The position numbers were made by a program, and so were the translations under genes. A DNA stretch of 64,000 nt from a virus. Lineage: Duplodnaviria; Caudoviricetes. The DNA is taken from positions 32,001 to 96,000 of the IMG/VR virus record IMGVR_UViG_3300028887_000077; one strand, 5' to 3'. The notes under the pieces are model-generated. The model had not been told where the DNA came from, made no database searches, and worked only from the letters and a program-made list of their open reading frames with translations. Shown here piece after piece: positions 10,701-19,693 of the stretch (position 1 is the stretch's first letter; each line of letters starts with the position of its first letter).

Positions 10701-10836
10701 ACTTGTGTTCGGAGATACAATTCGGCTGACAATGATCGAAAAACCTAAGGTTAGAAAGGTCGATGGTGAGTGGGTACAGAGCCCAACTGAAACCGAAACC
10801 TGGCTTAAGTATTACTCGCTGTGTAATATAGCGTAA
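7777..10836 (+). CDS. dnaE: DNA polymerase III alpha subunit
   Basis: PHP motif HLHSDRSLLD, RGSCGGS, DIDID, SMHPAG, KYDLLGL, YQED, YQFGYNHS. Confidence 0.95.
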   Translation: MSNYVVYHLHSDRSLLDSCTDYKAYVDKAKELGQTAICFSEHGNVYNWIEKKMYCDANGIKYIHGIECYLTKALLQSTDENPQPHKVRDNYHTILIARNYEGFKEINRLVDASTRPDHMYYKPRISFDEFKAISSNVIKISACLASPLNKLRDESLIQYYDYLEIQPHVNSPEQKEYNMWLVQMSKKYGKPLIAGTDTHSLSPYKSECRKILLKAKKIEYTSEDEFDLSYKSYDELVEMFEMQGVVDKSDYMSAIENTNVMADSVESFDLDKSFKYAKCYEDDEAELKRRVNERYKDKVARGVIKANPQYAINAREELRVFKKIGMLGFMLFMSDLVTWCWDNGIPIGYCRGSCGGSTIAYLTDIIDVDPVVWNTVFSRFANEDRKELGDIDIDISPTQRHLVYDHIIESFGEDYTAYILAMGTLVDKGTIDEIGRALNYPLDEVAAIKDAYEQDPDTAKQKYKELFYYFDGLLGTCVSQSMHPAGIVVSPVSLPDNYGTFWADGKRILQINMEECHEVNLNKYDLLGLKNVEIIKDTCAFAGIPYPKSHLLNWEDENVWKDMLTSPAGIFQFESKFAFEMLKKFGASKINHMSLVNASLRPSGASYRDRLLNHEINHNPSEIIDDLLKDNNGFLIYQEDTIAFLQKICGLSGSEADNIRRAIGRKQKDRLDAALPSILEGYCSKSDKPREVAEEEAKTFLQIIEDSASYQFGYNHSTGYSMIGYTCAYLRYYYPCEFIAAYLNNANNDDDIRMGTELAKVKNISILPPKFRHSRARYVPDSKEHAVYKGVASIKFLNDDVAEKLYEMRNIRFSSFVDVIRVFPGNSKQLDILIKLDYFSEFGKIGYLLDIVRCYDEFNDKRQYNKDNMKYPDKIVEIIKKHSTETKKQFRVTDPDSVLTEIVDIIQPKDIPLTSRIEWDKEYLGYISITMPDKRGVWVVAEIDTKYSPKLTLFELSTGRSVIAKISKKAYQETPLVFGDTIRLTMIEKPKVRKVDGEWVQSPTETETWLKYYSLCNIA

Positions 10837-10851
10837 TTATAGGAGGACAAC

Positions 10852-11400
10852 ATGAAAAGATTTGAGAAAGAACTGAACTACATCGTCGATCCCGAGATCC
10901 GTAAGGCTGGTGAAATGTGCGTGTTGCACATTCCAGAATATTTCTATGAGATTCCGGCGTCGAGTACCGGAAAATATCATCCGGAGTACGCCCTTGGAGA
11001 GGGCGGTCTGTATCGGCACACAAAGGCCGCCGTCCGGATCGCAAAGGACCTGCTTGAACTTGAGCAGTATGGGTTTACGCAGTACGAAAAAGACTGCGCG
11101 ATTCTCGCCCTGATCTTGCACGACAGTCGCAAGTCCGGAGACGATCACGGCATGTTCACGAAGTTTGAACATCCGCTTCTGGCTTCGAACGCTGTTCGCA
11201 AAGACCTTCCTCCGGCTGTTGCTGAAACCGTATGTGCTCTTATTGAGTCGCACATGGGCCAGTGGAACACGTCGAATAGAAGCAGTTATGTTCTGCCGAA
11301 GCCCGTGACCGCGCTCCAGATGGTCGTCCATCTCGCTGATTACTTGGCGAGCAGAAAATATTTGCTCCTCAAGTTTGATGAAAACAACGAGGTGGTCTGA
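10852..11400 (+). CDS. HD-domain phosphohydrolase (YhaM-like HD)
   Basis: PASSTGKYH, GGLYRHT, LHD, SHMG, HLADY. Confidence 0.8.
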   Translation: MKRFEKELNYIVDPEIRKAGEMCVLHIPEYFYEIPASSTGKYHPEYALGEGGLYRHTKAAVRIAKDLLELEQYGFTQYEKDCAILALILHDSRKSGDDHGMFTKFEHPLLASNAVRKDLPPAVAETVCALIESHMGQWNTSNRSSYVLPKPVTALQMVVHLADYLASRKYLLLKFDENNEVV

Positions 11401-12393
11401 ATGGCGGAGACAAAAGCAGAGAAGTTAAGCTTTTCGAAGATCGACACATATAATCAGTGCCCCTACAAATTCCATTTAAAGTACGACCTTAAGAACTTTG
11501 TTTCGACCGACAACGCGGCGACGGCATTTGGTTCTCTGGTCCATAAAATTTTTGAGATACAGACAAACTGGATCGTCGGTGGTAAACCGGTTGACTATGA
11601 CTTCCTTAAGAAATATTTTGTGGAAGCTGATGGCGCCGGGGGCACTCCCTGTGGGACAGACATTCTTTCGCGTAAATACAAGTCGGAGTGGTTTACAGTC
11701 GACAAGACGGGTAGGAGCTATGCGCAAAAGGCGCAGAGGTTTCTTGAGGATGGAATCTATCGCCTTGAACGGTATATTAAAGAAAACCCAGATCTTGAAC
11801 TTTATGCGGCCGAGCTTCCGTTTGAGTATAAGTATTCTCGCAACAATAAGAAGTATCTCTTTCATGGATTTATCGACCGGGTTTTTGTCCACAAAAGCGA
11901 CAGAAGCCATCTTGAAATTCATGACATCAAGACGAGTGCAAAGGCGTATGACGACAAGAAGTGCGTCACTCCGCTGCAGATGGTAATCTATGTACAGGCA
12001 CTTAAAGAGATCCTCCCGAAGGATGAGTTTGGGAAAGACCTTGAGATTGACTGTTATTATGAGTTCCCCATTGCCGAAGAAATGAAAAGGGGAGGGACTT
12101 CTGGATTTATTAATCGTGGTTTGAAGAAAATTGACAGCCTGATTGACGGATTTTCTTCCGGCAATTATAAACCGTCCCCCAGTCAGTTGTGCTATTGGTG
12201 CGAGTTTTCTAACACCAACCCCGCTGTCACGGAGGATGGTAAGAATAAATGTCCGTATTACAGTCTTTACACGCCATCGAATCACACATACAACACGTTT
12301 CTTCCGTGGGTTGGTATGGGGTGCGACGAAATACAGCGTAAAAAGCTGATTGCTATTAAGTCTCTGGACGACGAAGAAGATTTTGAAATCTAA
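11401..12393 (+). CDS. PD-(D/E)XK exonuclease, AddB/RecB/Cas4-like, probable Fe-S
   Basis: LSFSKIDTYNQCP, GFIDR, DIKT, QMVIY, CYWCEF...CP. Confidence 0.85.
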   Translation: MAETKAEKLSFSKIDTYNQCPYKFHLKYDLKNFVSTDNAATAFGSLVHKIFEIQTNWIVGGKPVDYDFLKKYFVEADGAGGTPCGTDILSRKYKSEWFTVDKTGRSYAQKAQRFLEDGIYRLERYIKENPDLELYAAELPFEYKYSRNNKKYLFHGFIDRVFVHKSDRSHLEIHDIKTSAKAYDDKKCVTPLQMVIYVQALKEILPKDEFGKDLEIDCYYEFPIAEEMKRGGTSGFINRGLKKIDSLIDGFSSGNYKPSPSQLCYWCEFSNTNPAVTEDGKNKCPYYSLYTPSNHTYNTFLPWVGMGCDEIQRKKLIAIKSLDDEEDFEI

Positions 12394-12407
12394 CGGAGGG
12401 TTTTGAT

Positions 12408-15400
12408 GTGTTAAAGGCCGACTTAGTTGTCGAGGGATTTTTGGATAAGCAAATTTTCCCGAAATCCCCGGTAATGGAAGGCGGGTCGTTCGCAATATTT
12501 GTTCTGTATGTGGGTAAGATTATCTCGGGCTCTGTCGACGACAGGGTGAAGAACAAATGGTATCAGGAAGGATATATTACCTTTAAGGGTAATGTCCCTG
12601 AACTTCGCGGTGGAACAAAATACAAGATTGCCGCTGATGTTGTGGAGGACCCGAAGTATGGTTGTGGCTACCAAATTAAAGCCATGAATGTTTCCGCCGA
12701 TTTAAGCGACGAGTTTGGTATGCGTAAATTCCTGTCTTATGTTCTTACCGACAAGCAGGTTGACGCTCTATTCAGTATGTACCCAGACCCAAAAGAGATT
12801 TTGGAGAACCACAGGATAGACGCCCTGTGTAAGATTAAGGGGATTAAACGCGTTACCGCGGAAAAGATTCTCAACAAGTACGACAACTCAAAGGACAACT
12901 CTGAGGCGTATGCCGTCTTGTATGATTATGGACTGACAAAATATATGATCGACAAACTAGTCGACAGATATAAGTCGGCCCAAACACTTATCGAAAGGGT
13001 TACGAGAAATCCGTACGTCCTTATTGATGAGTGCGACGGAATTGGATGGGCGAAGGCAGACTCCATGGCGTTAAGCTCCGGCATAAAAAAGGATTCCGAT
13101 TTTCGTGTGTGTGCGTATATCAAGTATTATTTGAAGAACCTCGCAGAGACAGACGGCCATACGTGGGTCCCACTGGATACTATTGTTGCCAATGCGAAGG
13201 GTCTTTCGCCCACGATTACAAACGAACAACTTAAGGTTCTCTTTAAAAAACTTCTGGAAGACAATCAGCTTTATTACGACAGAGAGAATCGTCGCATAGG
13301 CCTAATGAGATACAGGGCTCTCGAAGAGAATATCTACAAAGAGCTGCTCCGTCTCAGAGATGCAAGGTGTGTTCGTAAAATCCAATACATTGATGAGACA
13401 ATTAAAGAGTGCGAATGTTCGGTGGGGTACGAGTATACAGACGAGCAGAAAGACGCGATCAGAAAAATCTGCGAATCAAATGTGTGTCTTTTGACAGCGC
13501 TGGCAGGTTGCGTTGACCGCGATACCGAGTTTTTTAACGGAGAGACGTGGAAAAAGATTTGTGAGTATCAACCGGGCGATCTCGTCTTACAGTATAACGC
13601 AGACGGTTCGGCCTCTTTGACAGAACCACTAATGTATATTAAGAGACCCTGCGAAACGCTTTATCATTTTGAGACAAAATACGGCGTTAATCAAACGATC
13701 AGCGACGATCACAATGTCGTTTATTGGACGCCAAACGGTGTGAGGAAATCATGTACGGTTTCCGATATCATCAAAGAGCAGCAGTCCTCAACCGGTGGGT
13801 TTTGCGGAAGATTTAAGACCTCTTTCTTCTACGACGGTCCGGGCATTGATTTAACAGACGCACAGATCAAGGTTATGTGTGCTGTTATTTGCGACGGTTC
13901 TTTTTATAAGAAAGTAGAAAACAACCAGAACGCGGGCTCTTATATGAGATGCCGTTTTCATATTAAGAAAGACCGTAAGAAGGAAGAGTTGCGCCGTATC
14001 TTCAAAGAGGCGCAGATCCAGTGGAGAGAGGTCGAGTCTTCGGCGCCCGGATATACAGACTTATATATTGACGCTCCCAGAAGAGAAAAGTTTTTTACAT
14101 CATACTGGTATAGATGTAACAACCACCAGCTCAAAATTATATGTGACAACATTATGTTTTGGGATGGTAACATTAATTTATCACAATATGGTGTGAAAAG
14201 AAAGCGGTTTTCAACGGCCAACCGCGCCACGGCAGATTTTGTACAGTTTGCATATTCCGCATGTGGATATAGAGCCAAGATTATTGAAAAAGATAGATCC
14301 GGCAAAAAGTATTTTACGTGTGGAAAGATTTATACGAGGAAGTCTGCCGAGTATAGTGTCGTTGTAACAGAGCGTGATATGGTTGGTATTTGTGCAGACA
14401 TTCGTCCGGACCACCATAAGACGGAGATTCAACCAGTGCAGTCTAAAGATGGTTTTAAGTACTGCTTCATGGTCGAGTCTACTATGCTCGTTTTGCGATG
14501 CAACGATCACATCTTCGTCACCGGAAACTGCGGTAAGAGTTCCTTGATGTATCCTGTTACGCGTATTTTGCGGAAGAACGATATGACTTTTTCGCAGTGT
14601 ACACTATCCGGTAAAGCGTCCTTAAATCTGAGACAGTTGACAAACGAAGATGGAAAGACGATTCACCGTCTTCTTGCGTATGACCCTGCTCGCGAAAGAT
14701 TTATGTATGACAAAGACTGTAAACTGCCAGACGACGCAATCATTCTTGATGAGGTGTCAATGGTTGGCGGAGAACTGTTTTACAGTTTAATCCAGGCAAT
14801 CAAAACCGGTGCCAAGTTAATTATGATCGGCGATCCGGGGCAGCTTGAGTCGATTGGTTTGTGCAATCTGATTTCCGATCTTGCAAACTCTCAGGCGGTA
14901 TCGCACGCATCTCTTACGAAAATCTTTCGTCAAGCGGCGATGTCTGGTATTATTACGGATTCCGTGAGGGTGTATCACCAACAACCGATTCTGTCAAAAG
15001 GCATGTCTGGCATTGTGGTCCATGGAGAGCTAAAAGATTTTGAGATAGACATAGTAGATGATTCTGATGTATGCGCGAACGAAGTTATTAGCGCATATAA
15101 AGATCTCTGCTTTACGAAGAAGATCTCGCCGGAAGATGTGGTGGTTGTCACCGCGAAGCGATGTGCCGGCCAGCTTTCTGCCGTTGAATTAAATAAGAGA
15201 ATTCAGGCACTGTTCGACTTCGGAGACGATGGCATCACAAAGGACTATACAGACGGAAATACAAAGTACCAGATATGTTACCATGTTGGCGACCGGATTA
15301 TTGTAACAAAAAACAACTATACGTCTCTTAACGTAAACGGGACGCCAGAACCGATTTACAATGGCAACATCGGTACTGTCGTATCGGTAAACAAGAAAGA

Positions 15401-15725
15401 TGGGGAGTTGATTATTAGGTTGCCCCAGGGAGACATACCATTGACGCGTAGCGAGCTTGCCAATGTGCAGCTTGGTTATGCGATTACTTGCGCGAAGTCG
15501 CAGGGTTCTGGGTTTAAATACGTCATTGCGGTGTGCGATCCGAGCTCTGTGATTATGCTCACAAAAGAATATCTTTATACGGCAATCACCCGTGGTAAGA
15601 AATGGTGCAGGCTTATCGGAACGTGGTTCTCGGTAAATAAATGCATCCAGACAACAAGGGTTATCGCCAAACAAACCTGGCTTCTTGGTTTGCTTGCCGG
15701 GTATGATTCTGTTCAGGAGCAGTAA
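12408..15725 (+). CDS. recD2: RecD2-like SF1B helicase containing an intein
   Basis: HhH region, NPY..GIGW..AD, split Walker A (LAG|CGKS), TIHRLL, DEVSMV, GDPGQL, IFRQ, YAIT..KSQGS, YTAITRGK. Confidence 0.9.
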   Translation: MLKADLVVEGFLDKQIFPKSPVMEGGSFAIFVLYVGKIISGSVDDRVKNKWYQEGYITFKGNVPELRGGTKYKIAADVVEDPKYGCGYQIKAMNVSADLSDEFGMRKFLSYVLTDKQVDALFSMYPDPKEILENHRIDALCKIKGIKRVTAEKILNKYDNSKDNSEAYAVLYDYGLTKYMIDKLVDRYKSAQTLIERVTRNPYVLIDECDGIGWAKADSMALSSGIKKDSDFRVCAYIKYYLKNLAETDGHTWVPLDTIVANAKGLSPTITNEQLKVLFKKLLEDNQLYYDRENRRIGLMRYRALEENIYKELLRLRDARCVRKIQYIDETIKECECSVGYEYTDEQKDAIRKICESNVCLLTALAGCVDRDTEFFNGETWKKICEYQPGDLVLQYNADGSASLTEPLMYIKRPCETLYHFETKYGVNQTISDDHNVVYWTPNGVRKSCTVSDIIKEQQSSTGGFCGRFKTSFFYDGPGIDLTDAQIKVMCAVICDGSFYKKVENNQNAGSYMRCRFHIKKDRKKEELRRIFKEAQIQWREVESSAPGYTDLYIDAPRREKFFTSYWYRCNNHQLKIICDNIMFWDGNINLSQYGVKRKRFSTANRATADFVQFAYSACGYRAKIIEKDRSGKKYFTCGKIYTRKSAEYSVVVTERDMVGICADIRPDHHKTEIQPVQSKDGFKYCFMVESTMLVLRCNDHIFVTGNCGKSSLMYPVTRILRKNDMTFSQCTLSGKASLNLRQLTNEDGKTIHRLLAYDPARERFMYDKDCKLPDDAIILDEVSMVGGELFYSLIQAIKTGAKLIMIGDPGQLESIGLCNLISDLANSQAVSHASLTKIFRQAAMSGIITDSVRVYHQQPILSKGMSGIVVHGELKDFEIDIVDDSDVCANEVISAYKDLCFTKKISPEDVVVVTAKRCAGQLSAVELNKRIQALFDFGDDGITKDYTDGNTKYQICYHVGDRIIVTKNNYTSLNVNGTPEPIYNGNIGTVVSVNKKDGELIIRLPQGDIPLTRSELANVQLGYAITCAKSQGSGFKYVIAVCDPSSVIMLTKEYLYTAITRGKKWCRLIGTWFSVNKCIQTTRVIAKQTWLLGLLAGYDSVQEQ
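13509..14528 (+). mobile_element. Intein (340 aa) with LAGLIDADG-type endonuclease in the RecD2 Walker A
   Basis: Starts CVDRDTEFF, block B TISDDHNV, LAGLIDADG-like AVICDGS and IMFWDG, ends KYCFMV...FVTGN followed by Cys+1; removal restores ALAGCGKS. Confidence 0.9.
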
Positions 15726-15758
15726 TCTGCTTTGAATATATAATTAAGGAGAAATTTT

Positions 15759-16433
15759 ATGGATAACGAAAAGAAAACTGTTGTAAGCCTGCCGGATGCG
15801 TTTAAAGCATCAAACTTCGTCGACTTAGACGATTATCACATTTATGAAGACTCAAATATGGGCGTTGGTATTGACAGGCGCGTCATTTACGTTGTCGGAG
15901 AGATTAACGGAATCGATGAGGCAGGACCGTGTACGACAACGAATGAAGTCGTTAATCAAATTCAAAGATGGAATATGGCTGATGAAAAACAGAATATCCC
16001 GGTTGAGCAGCGTAAGCCAATTTGGATCAGCATCGCGTCTGAGGGAGGAGACCTGCTTGGGACGTGGGTGCTCGTTAACGCGATTAAGGGGTCTAAAACT
16101 CCTGTTTATACTGTAAACGTAAATCATGCTTTGTCGGCCGCTTGTTTGATTCTTGTTTCTGGTCATAAAAGATTTTCTTTGCGAGGCGCCGGCCATTTAA
16201 TTCATTCTGGATCTGTACGGTATAGCGGGCAGAAAGAAAATGCAGACTCCATGAAGAAATATATGGATAAGATTGACAAAAAGGCAACGGACTGGTTAAT
16301 CAGCGCAACCAAGATTGATTCCAAGACATACAAAACCAGAGCACCAAAAGATTGGTGGATGGATGAAGACGATGCGTTGAAGTACGGCCTCATCGACGAA
16401 ATCGTAGACGATCTGAATAAAATCTTCTATTGA
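15759..16433 (+). CDS. clpP: ClpP-family protease subunit
   Basis: ISIASEGG, HALSAACLILVSG, LIHSG, DWWMDEDDALKYGLIDEI. Confidence 0.8.
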   Translation: MDNEKKTVVSLPDAFKASNFVDLDDYHIYEDSNMGVGIDRRVIYVVGEINGIDEAGPCTTTNEVVNQIQRWNMADEKQNIPVEQRKPIWISIASEGGDLLGTWVLVNAIKGSKTPVYTVNVNHALSAACLILVSGHKRFSLRGAGHLIHSGSVRYSGQKENADSMKKYMDKIDKKATDWLISATKIDSKTYKTRAPKDWWMDEDDALKYGLIDEIVDDLNKIFY

Positions 16434-16450
16434 TCGGTCGGTGATGATGT

Positions 16451-17887
16451 ATGGGCCGAAAAAACAAAAACAATAAAATTCGGATTTTATTTTGCGGAGA
16501 AAACGCCCATGACGTTACCGGATCATGCACCTACATCGAAACACCGTATCATAAAATTCTGTTAGAGCTCGGAATGTGGCAGACGTGCGGGAGTAAACTC
16601 GACGCATGGAAAGTTAATTCGAGGAAGTTCGCATTCAAGGCGAAGGACGTCGAGTACATCTTTGTGCCACATTTGCATCTCGACCACGCCGGATTGATCC
16701 CTCTCGCGGTTGCGAGGGGGTTCTCCGGACAGATCGTAATGCCCCACAAATCGAAAGCGATTGCCGAGATTTTGTGGAAAGACAGCACGCACATCATTGA
16801 GTGTGACGCAGAAGAACTATCAAGAAAACTCGGAAGAGAATATCTTCCTTATTATACAGGTACAGATGTTGAAGCATCTTTGAATAAGGTGCGTGAATAT
16901 GCGCCCGGCGAAATTATCGAAGTTGACGAATATCTCAAGTTTCGTTTCGTTCCGTCTGGGCACATCGTCGGAGCGTGTCAGTTAGAGCTTTGGCTCTCTG
17001 ACGGAGTTGTTACGAAAAAGATCCTCTATACGTCGGATCTTGGCAACACACACATCCAAAAGGATTATGTTTATCCGTTTGAGCCGGTGGAGTCGGCTAA
17101 TATTGTTATTGGAGAAAGTACATACAGCGGCGAAGAACGGATCGCAACTGATAAGACGCGCAAGAAGGATATCGAAAAACTCGTATCGTCAATCACTCAA
17201 ACGTGTATCGACGAAAGGGGGCGGGTGCTAATCCCTAGTTTCGCTATCGATAGAACTCAAACGATTATGACAGTGTTATACGACTGCTTTCATAACGACA
17301 AGACATTTAATATTCCTATCTTAATTGATAGTCCGATGGCTCGGTCTGTCTGCGAGGCATATTCAAAAGTTTTGTCCGGAAACGAACTGAGAAAGTGGAA
17401 TAGGGTGAAGTCTTGGGACCGGTTCGTATATGTTGGCGACTATCTCGACAGTAAACATTTCCGCGAAGAAGTACACAGCCCGTGTGTTGTCATAGCGTCG
17501 TCGGGCTTCCTCGTTGGCGGTCGCGCGGTAGCGTGGTGTTCGGAAATGTTGCCGAATAAGAACGACCGTATCATTACGGTTGGGTATGCTCCGCCCGGAT
17601 CGATCGCGTATACGATTAAGAACGAAACGCAGAAGACGATTACGATCGCCGGCAGAAAAAGAAGTAACAAGTGTCAAATTACTAACTTGACCAGCTTTTC
17701 TTCTCATATGCAGCGAGACTCCCTTCTAGACTATTACTCTTCTATTTCTTGCGAGAAGATTTATCTCGTTCATGGAGAGATGGATAAGAAAATAGCGTTC
17801 TCTTCTGAGCTTGAAAATAAAATCTCGGAGAAGAATAAGACCACAAGAGTTGTGTGTGTAAATAAAGGAACAGAAATAATTTTATAA
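16451..17887 (+). CDS. Metallo-beta-lactamase/beta-CASP ribonuclease (YSH1-like)
   Basis: VTGSC, HLHLDH, SGHIVG, YTSDLG, GESTY, IPSFAIDRTQ, FSSH, LVHGE. Confidence 0.9.
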   Translation: MGRKNKNNKIRILFCGENAHDVTGSCTYIETPYHKILLELGMWQTCGSKLDAWKVNSRKFAFKAKDVEYIFVPHLHLDHAGLIPLAVARGFSGQIVMPHKSKAIAEILWKDSTHIIECDAEELSRKLGREYLPYYTGTDVEASLNKVREYAPGEIIEVDEYLKFRFVPSGHIVGACQLELWLSDGVVTKKILYTSDLGNTHIQKDYVYPFEPVESANIVIGESTYSGEERIATDKTRKKDIEKLVSSITQTCIDERGRVLIPSFAIDRTQTIMTVLYDCFHNDKTFNIPILIDSPMARSVCEAYSKVLSGNELRKWNRVKSWDRFVYVGDYLDSKHFREEVHSPCVVIASSGFLVGGRAVAWCSEMLPNKNDRIITVGYAPPGSIAYTIKNETQKTITIAGRKRSNKCQITNLTSFSSHMQRDSLLDYYSSISCEKIYLVHGEMDKKIAFSSELENKISEKNKTTRVVCVNKGTEIIL

Positions 17888-17902
17888 TTTTTTGAAAAAC
17901 AC

Positions 17903-17931
17903 TTGACAGGATGTGTTCCGTGTGATATAAT
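17903..17931 (+). promoter_or_regulatory. Sigma-A/70 promoter
   Basis: TTGACA-17-TATAAT. Confidence 0.85.
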
Positions 17932-17968
17932 GGTCTCGAAAATAAAGAAAGAGAGGCAAAAATATCAC

Positions 17969-18280
17969 ATGGAACACACCATTCAGAAGAACATCACTAT
18001 TACAGATCACGCTATGAAGCGCCTTAAAGAACGTGTTGGCACGTATGGCGATCATCGTTCGTGGCAAAAGCTTGTGAAAGAAGCGAGGTATAACGGAGCC
18101 ACCTACTTCACCATGACGCAGGAACAGTACGATTATATCGTTAAGCACTTCGACAGCAACAAGTTTAACGCCTCTATGATGATCCGGTTCTTTGAGGGCT
18201 TCTTTTACGTGTTTCGTGGCAACAATCGTCACGCAAGAACGCTTGTAACGGTTATTAAGTATGAGAAGGAGGGGGATTAA
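17969..18280 (+). CDS. Hypothetical protein (DUF4258/RelE-like fold possible)
   Basis: ITDHAMKRLKER...LVTVI pattern. Confidence 0.55.
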   Translation: MEHTIQKNITITDHAMKRLKERVGTYGDHRSWQKLVKEARYNGATYFTMTQEQYDYIVKHFDSNKFNASMMIRFFEGFFYVFRGNNRHARTLVTVIKYEKEGD

Positions 18281-18281
18281 T

Positions 18282-18491
18282 ATGGTAGAGTGGCATCGTG
18301 TAGGAGATTGTCTTCCTGAGAAGGATGGTTGGTACGTCGTTTGCGCGGATGGTATGGTTATGCCTATGCGTTTTGAAACGGTTCGACTGCGCTCTGGAGT
18401 AGTGAGAAGATGGTTGTATGATGACAGGGTAAACTTTCCGTGGAAGGTGACTCATTGGACGGAGCTTCCGGAGGCGCCCGTAAAATATTAA
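18282..18491 (+). CDS. DUF551-family phage protein
   Basis: WHRVGDCLPE...VTHWTELPEAP. Confidence 0.75.
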   Translation: MVEWHRVGDCLPEKDGWYVVCADGMVMPMRFETVRLRSGVVRRWLYDDRVNFPWKVTHWTELPEAPVKY

Positions 18492-18499
18492 TAATAATT

Positions 18500-18574
18500 G
18501 CTGGTGTGGCTCAACGGCAGAGCAGGGCCTTTGTAATGCTCAGGTTGTAGGTTCGATTCCTATCACCAGCTCCA
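18500..18574 (+). tRNA. tRNA-Thr(UGU)
   Basis: Cloverleaf GCTGGTG/CACCAGC, anticodon loop TTTGTAA, TTCGATT, encoded CCA. Confidence 0.9.
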
Positions 18575-18697
18575 AACAGATGGTTGCGAAGAGCAACGGA
18601 GGATGAAAACCACTCCCGTCGAAGTGTCGGCAGTCAGCAAACACAGATTCGTCTGTAAAGGCAAACACTAAAAACGCCTATATGGAGATGATAGAAT

Positions 18698-19066
18698 ATG
18701 AGTTTTAATTTTGAAGAACTTAACGGTCTGCCTGTTAAAGATAGGATTGATAAGCTGAACAAAATAAAAAATGAGGCAGAACGCGAACTCATAAAGGTAA
18801 GAAAAGACTTGCAAGAAAATTACATTTACTGTGAGAAGTGTAGCGGGTACTATCCGAAGGCAAACTTACAGACGGTTTCCGATACTGAGGTAATTATTGG
18901 TGAATGCGTATATACGGATGCTGGCTATGGGGATGACGACATGTTTGCGGATGTTACTTATCTTGTAACCTCGTATGTATGCCCCAATTGTGGCAGTAAT
19001 ATTGAGAAAGGACGAATCAGTCTATCCACCTCCAATCCTAGAGACAGGTGGGGAAATAGGTTCTAA
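18698..19066 (+). CDS. Hypothetical Zn-ribbon protein
   Basis: CEKC and CPNC pairs. Confidence 0.55.
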   Translation: MSFNFEELNGLPVKDRIDKLNKIKNEAERELIKVRKDLQENYIYCEKCSGYYPKANLQTVSDTEVIIGECVYTDAGYGDDDMFADVTYLVTSYVCPNCGSNIEKGRISLSTSNPRDRWGNRF

Positions 19067-19071
19067 TTTGT

Positions 19072-19158
19072 GGGGAGATGGCAGAGAGGCTGAATGCGAC
19101 GGTTTGCTAAACCGTTGGCCCTGTGGGCCCGAAGGTTCGAATCCTTCTCTTCCCGCCA
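19072..19158 (+). tRNA. tRNA-Ser(GCU)
   Basis: GGGGAGA/TCTTCCC acceptor, TTGCTAA loop, long variable arm, GCCA end. Confidence 0.92.
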
Positions 19159-19180
19159 AAAAAAATAAAGGAGATATAAG

Positions 19181-19693
19181 ATGAAAGAAAAAAAATATTT
19201 TGTAATTATTGACATGCAAAACGACTTTGTAACCGGCGCGTTAAAGAACGACGACGCTGTCGGCGTTGCAGAAAAGATCGTTTACTATTATCAGCACAAT
19301 CGGTTTGATCGTGTCGTATTTACAATGGACACCCACAATCAAGATTATCTCAATACTCTCGAGGGCAAAAACCTGCCGGTTCCACATTGCATCAAAGGAA
19401 CAAAGGGATGGGAGATTGTTGATGAACTGTTGTTTTTAACGAAGCAATCTACGGTTGTTGAAAAAACAACATTCGGCAGCCTTTCGTGGAAAAAAATTAT
19501 TAAAGATCCGACAGAAATCACTATCTGTGGTCTGGTGTCTGATATTTGTGTTTGTAGCAACGCTTTGATTTTGCGCGCTATGTTCCCAAACACAAAAATT
19601 AAGGTTGTTTCTAATCTGTGTGCGGGATTAACCAAAGAAAAACACAACGCCGCTATGAGCGTAATGGAATCTTGCCAGATTGAGGTAGAATAA
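19181..19693 (+). CDS. pncA: Nicotinamidase (isochorismatase-family cysteine hydrolase)
   Basis: IDMQNDF, DTH, PHC..GT.GW, EKTTFGS, GLVSDICV; NAD-gene context. Confidence 0.8.
   Translation: MKEKKYFVIIDMQNDFVTGALKNDDAVGVAEKIVYYYQHNRFDRVVFTMDTHNQDYLNTLEGKNLPVPHCIKGTKGWEIVDELLFLTKQSTVVEKTTFGSLSWKKIIKDPTEITICGLVSDICVCSNALILRAMFPNTKIKVVSNLCAGLTKEKHNAAMSVMESCQIEVE

Noticed and set aside
11401-12393. Cas4 as part of a CRISPR system
   Set aside because: No other cas genes or array; context with RecD2 and Sak4 indicates a recombination exonuclease.
5377-12495. Long antisense ORFs (5377..6264, 8635..9327, 11476..12495)
   Set aside because: Shadows of well-supported plus-strand genes, with no motifs or RBS.
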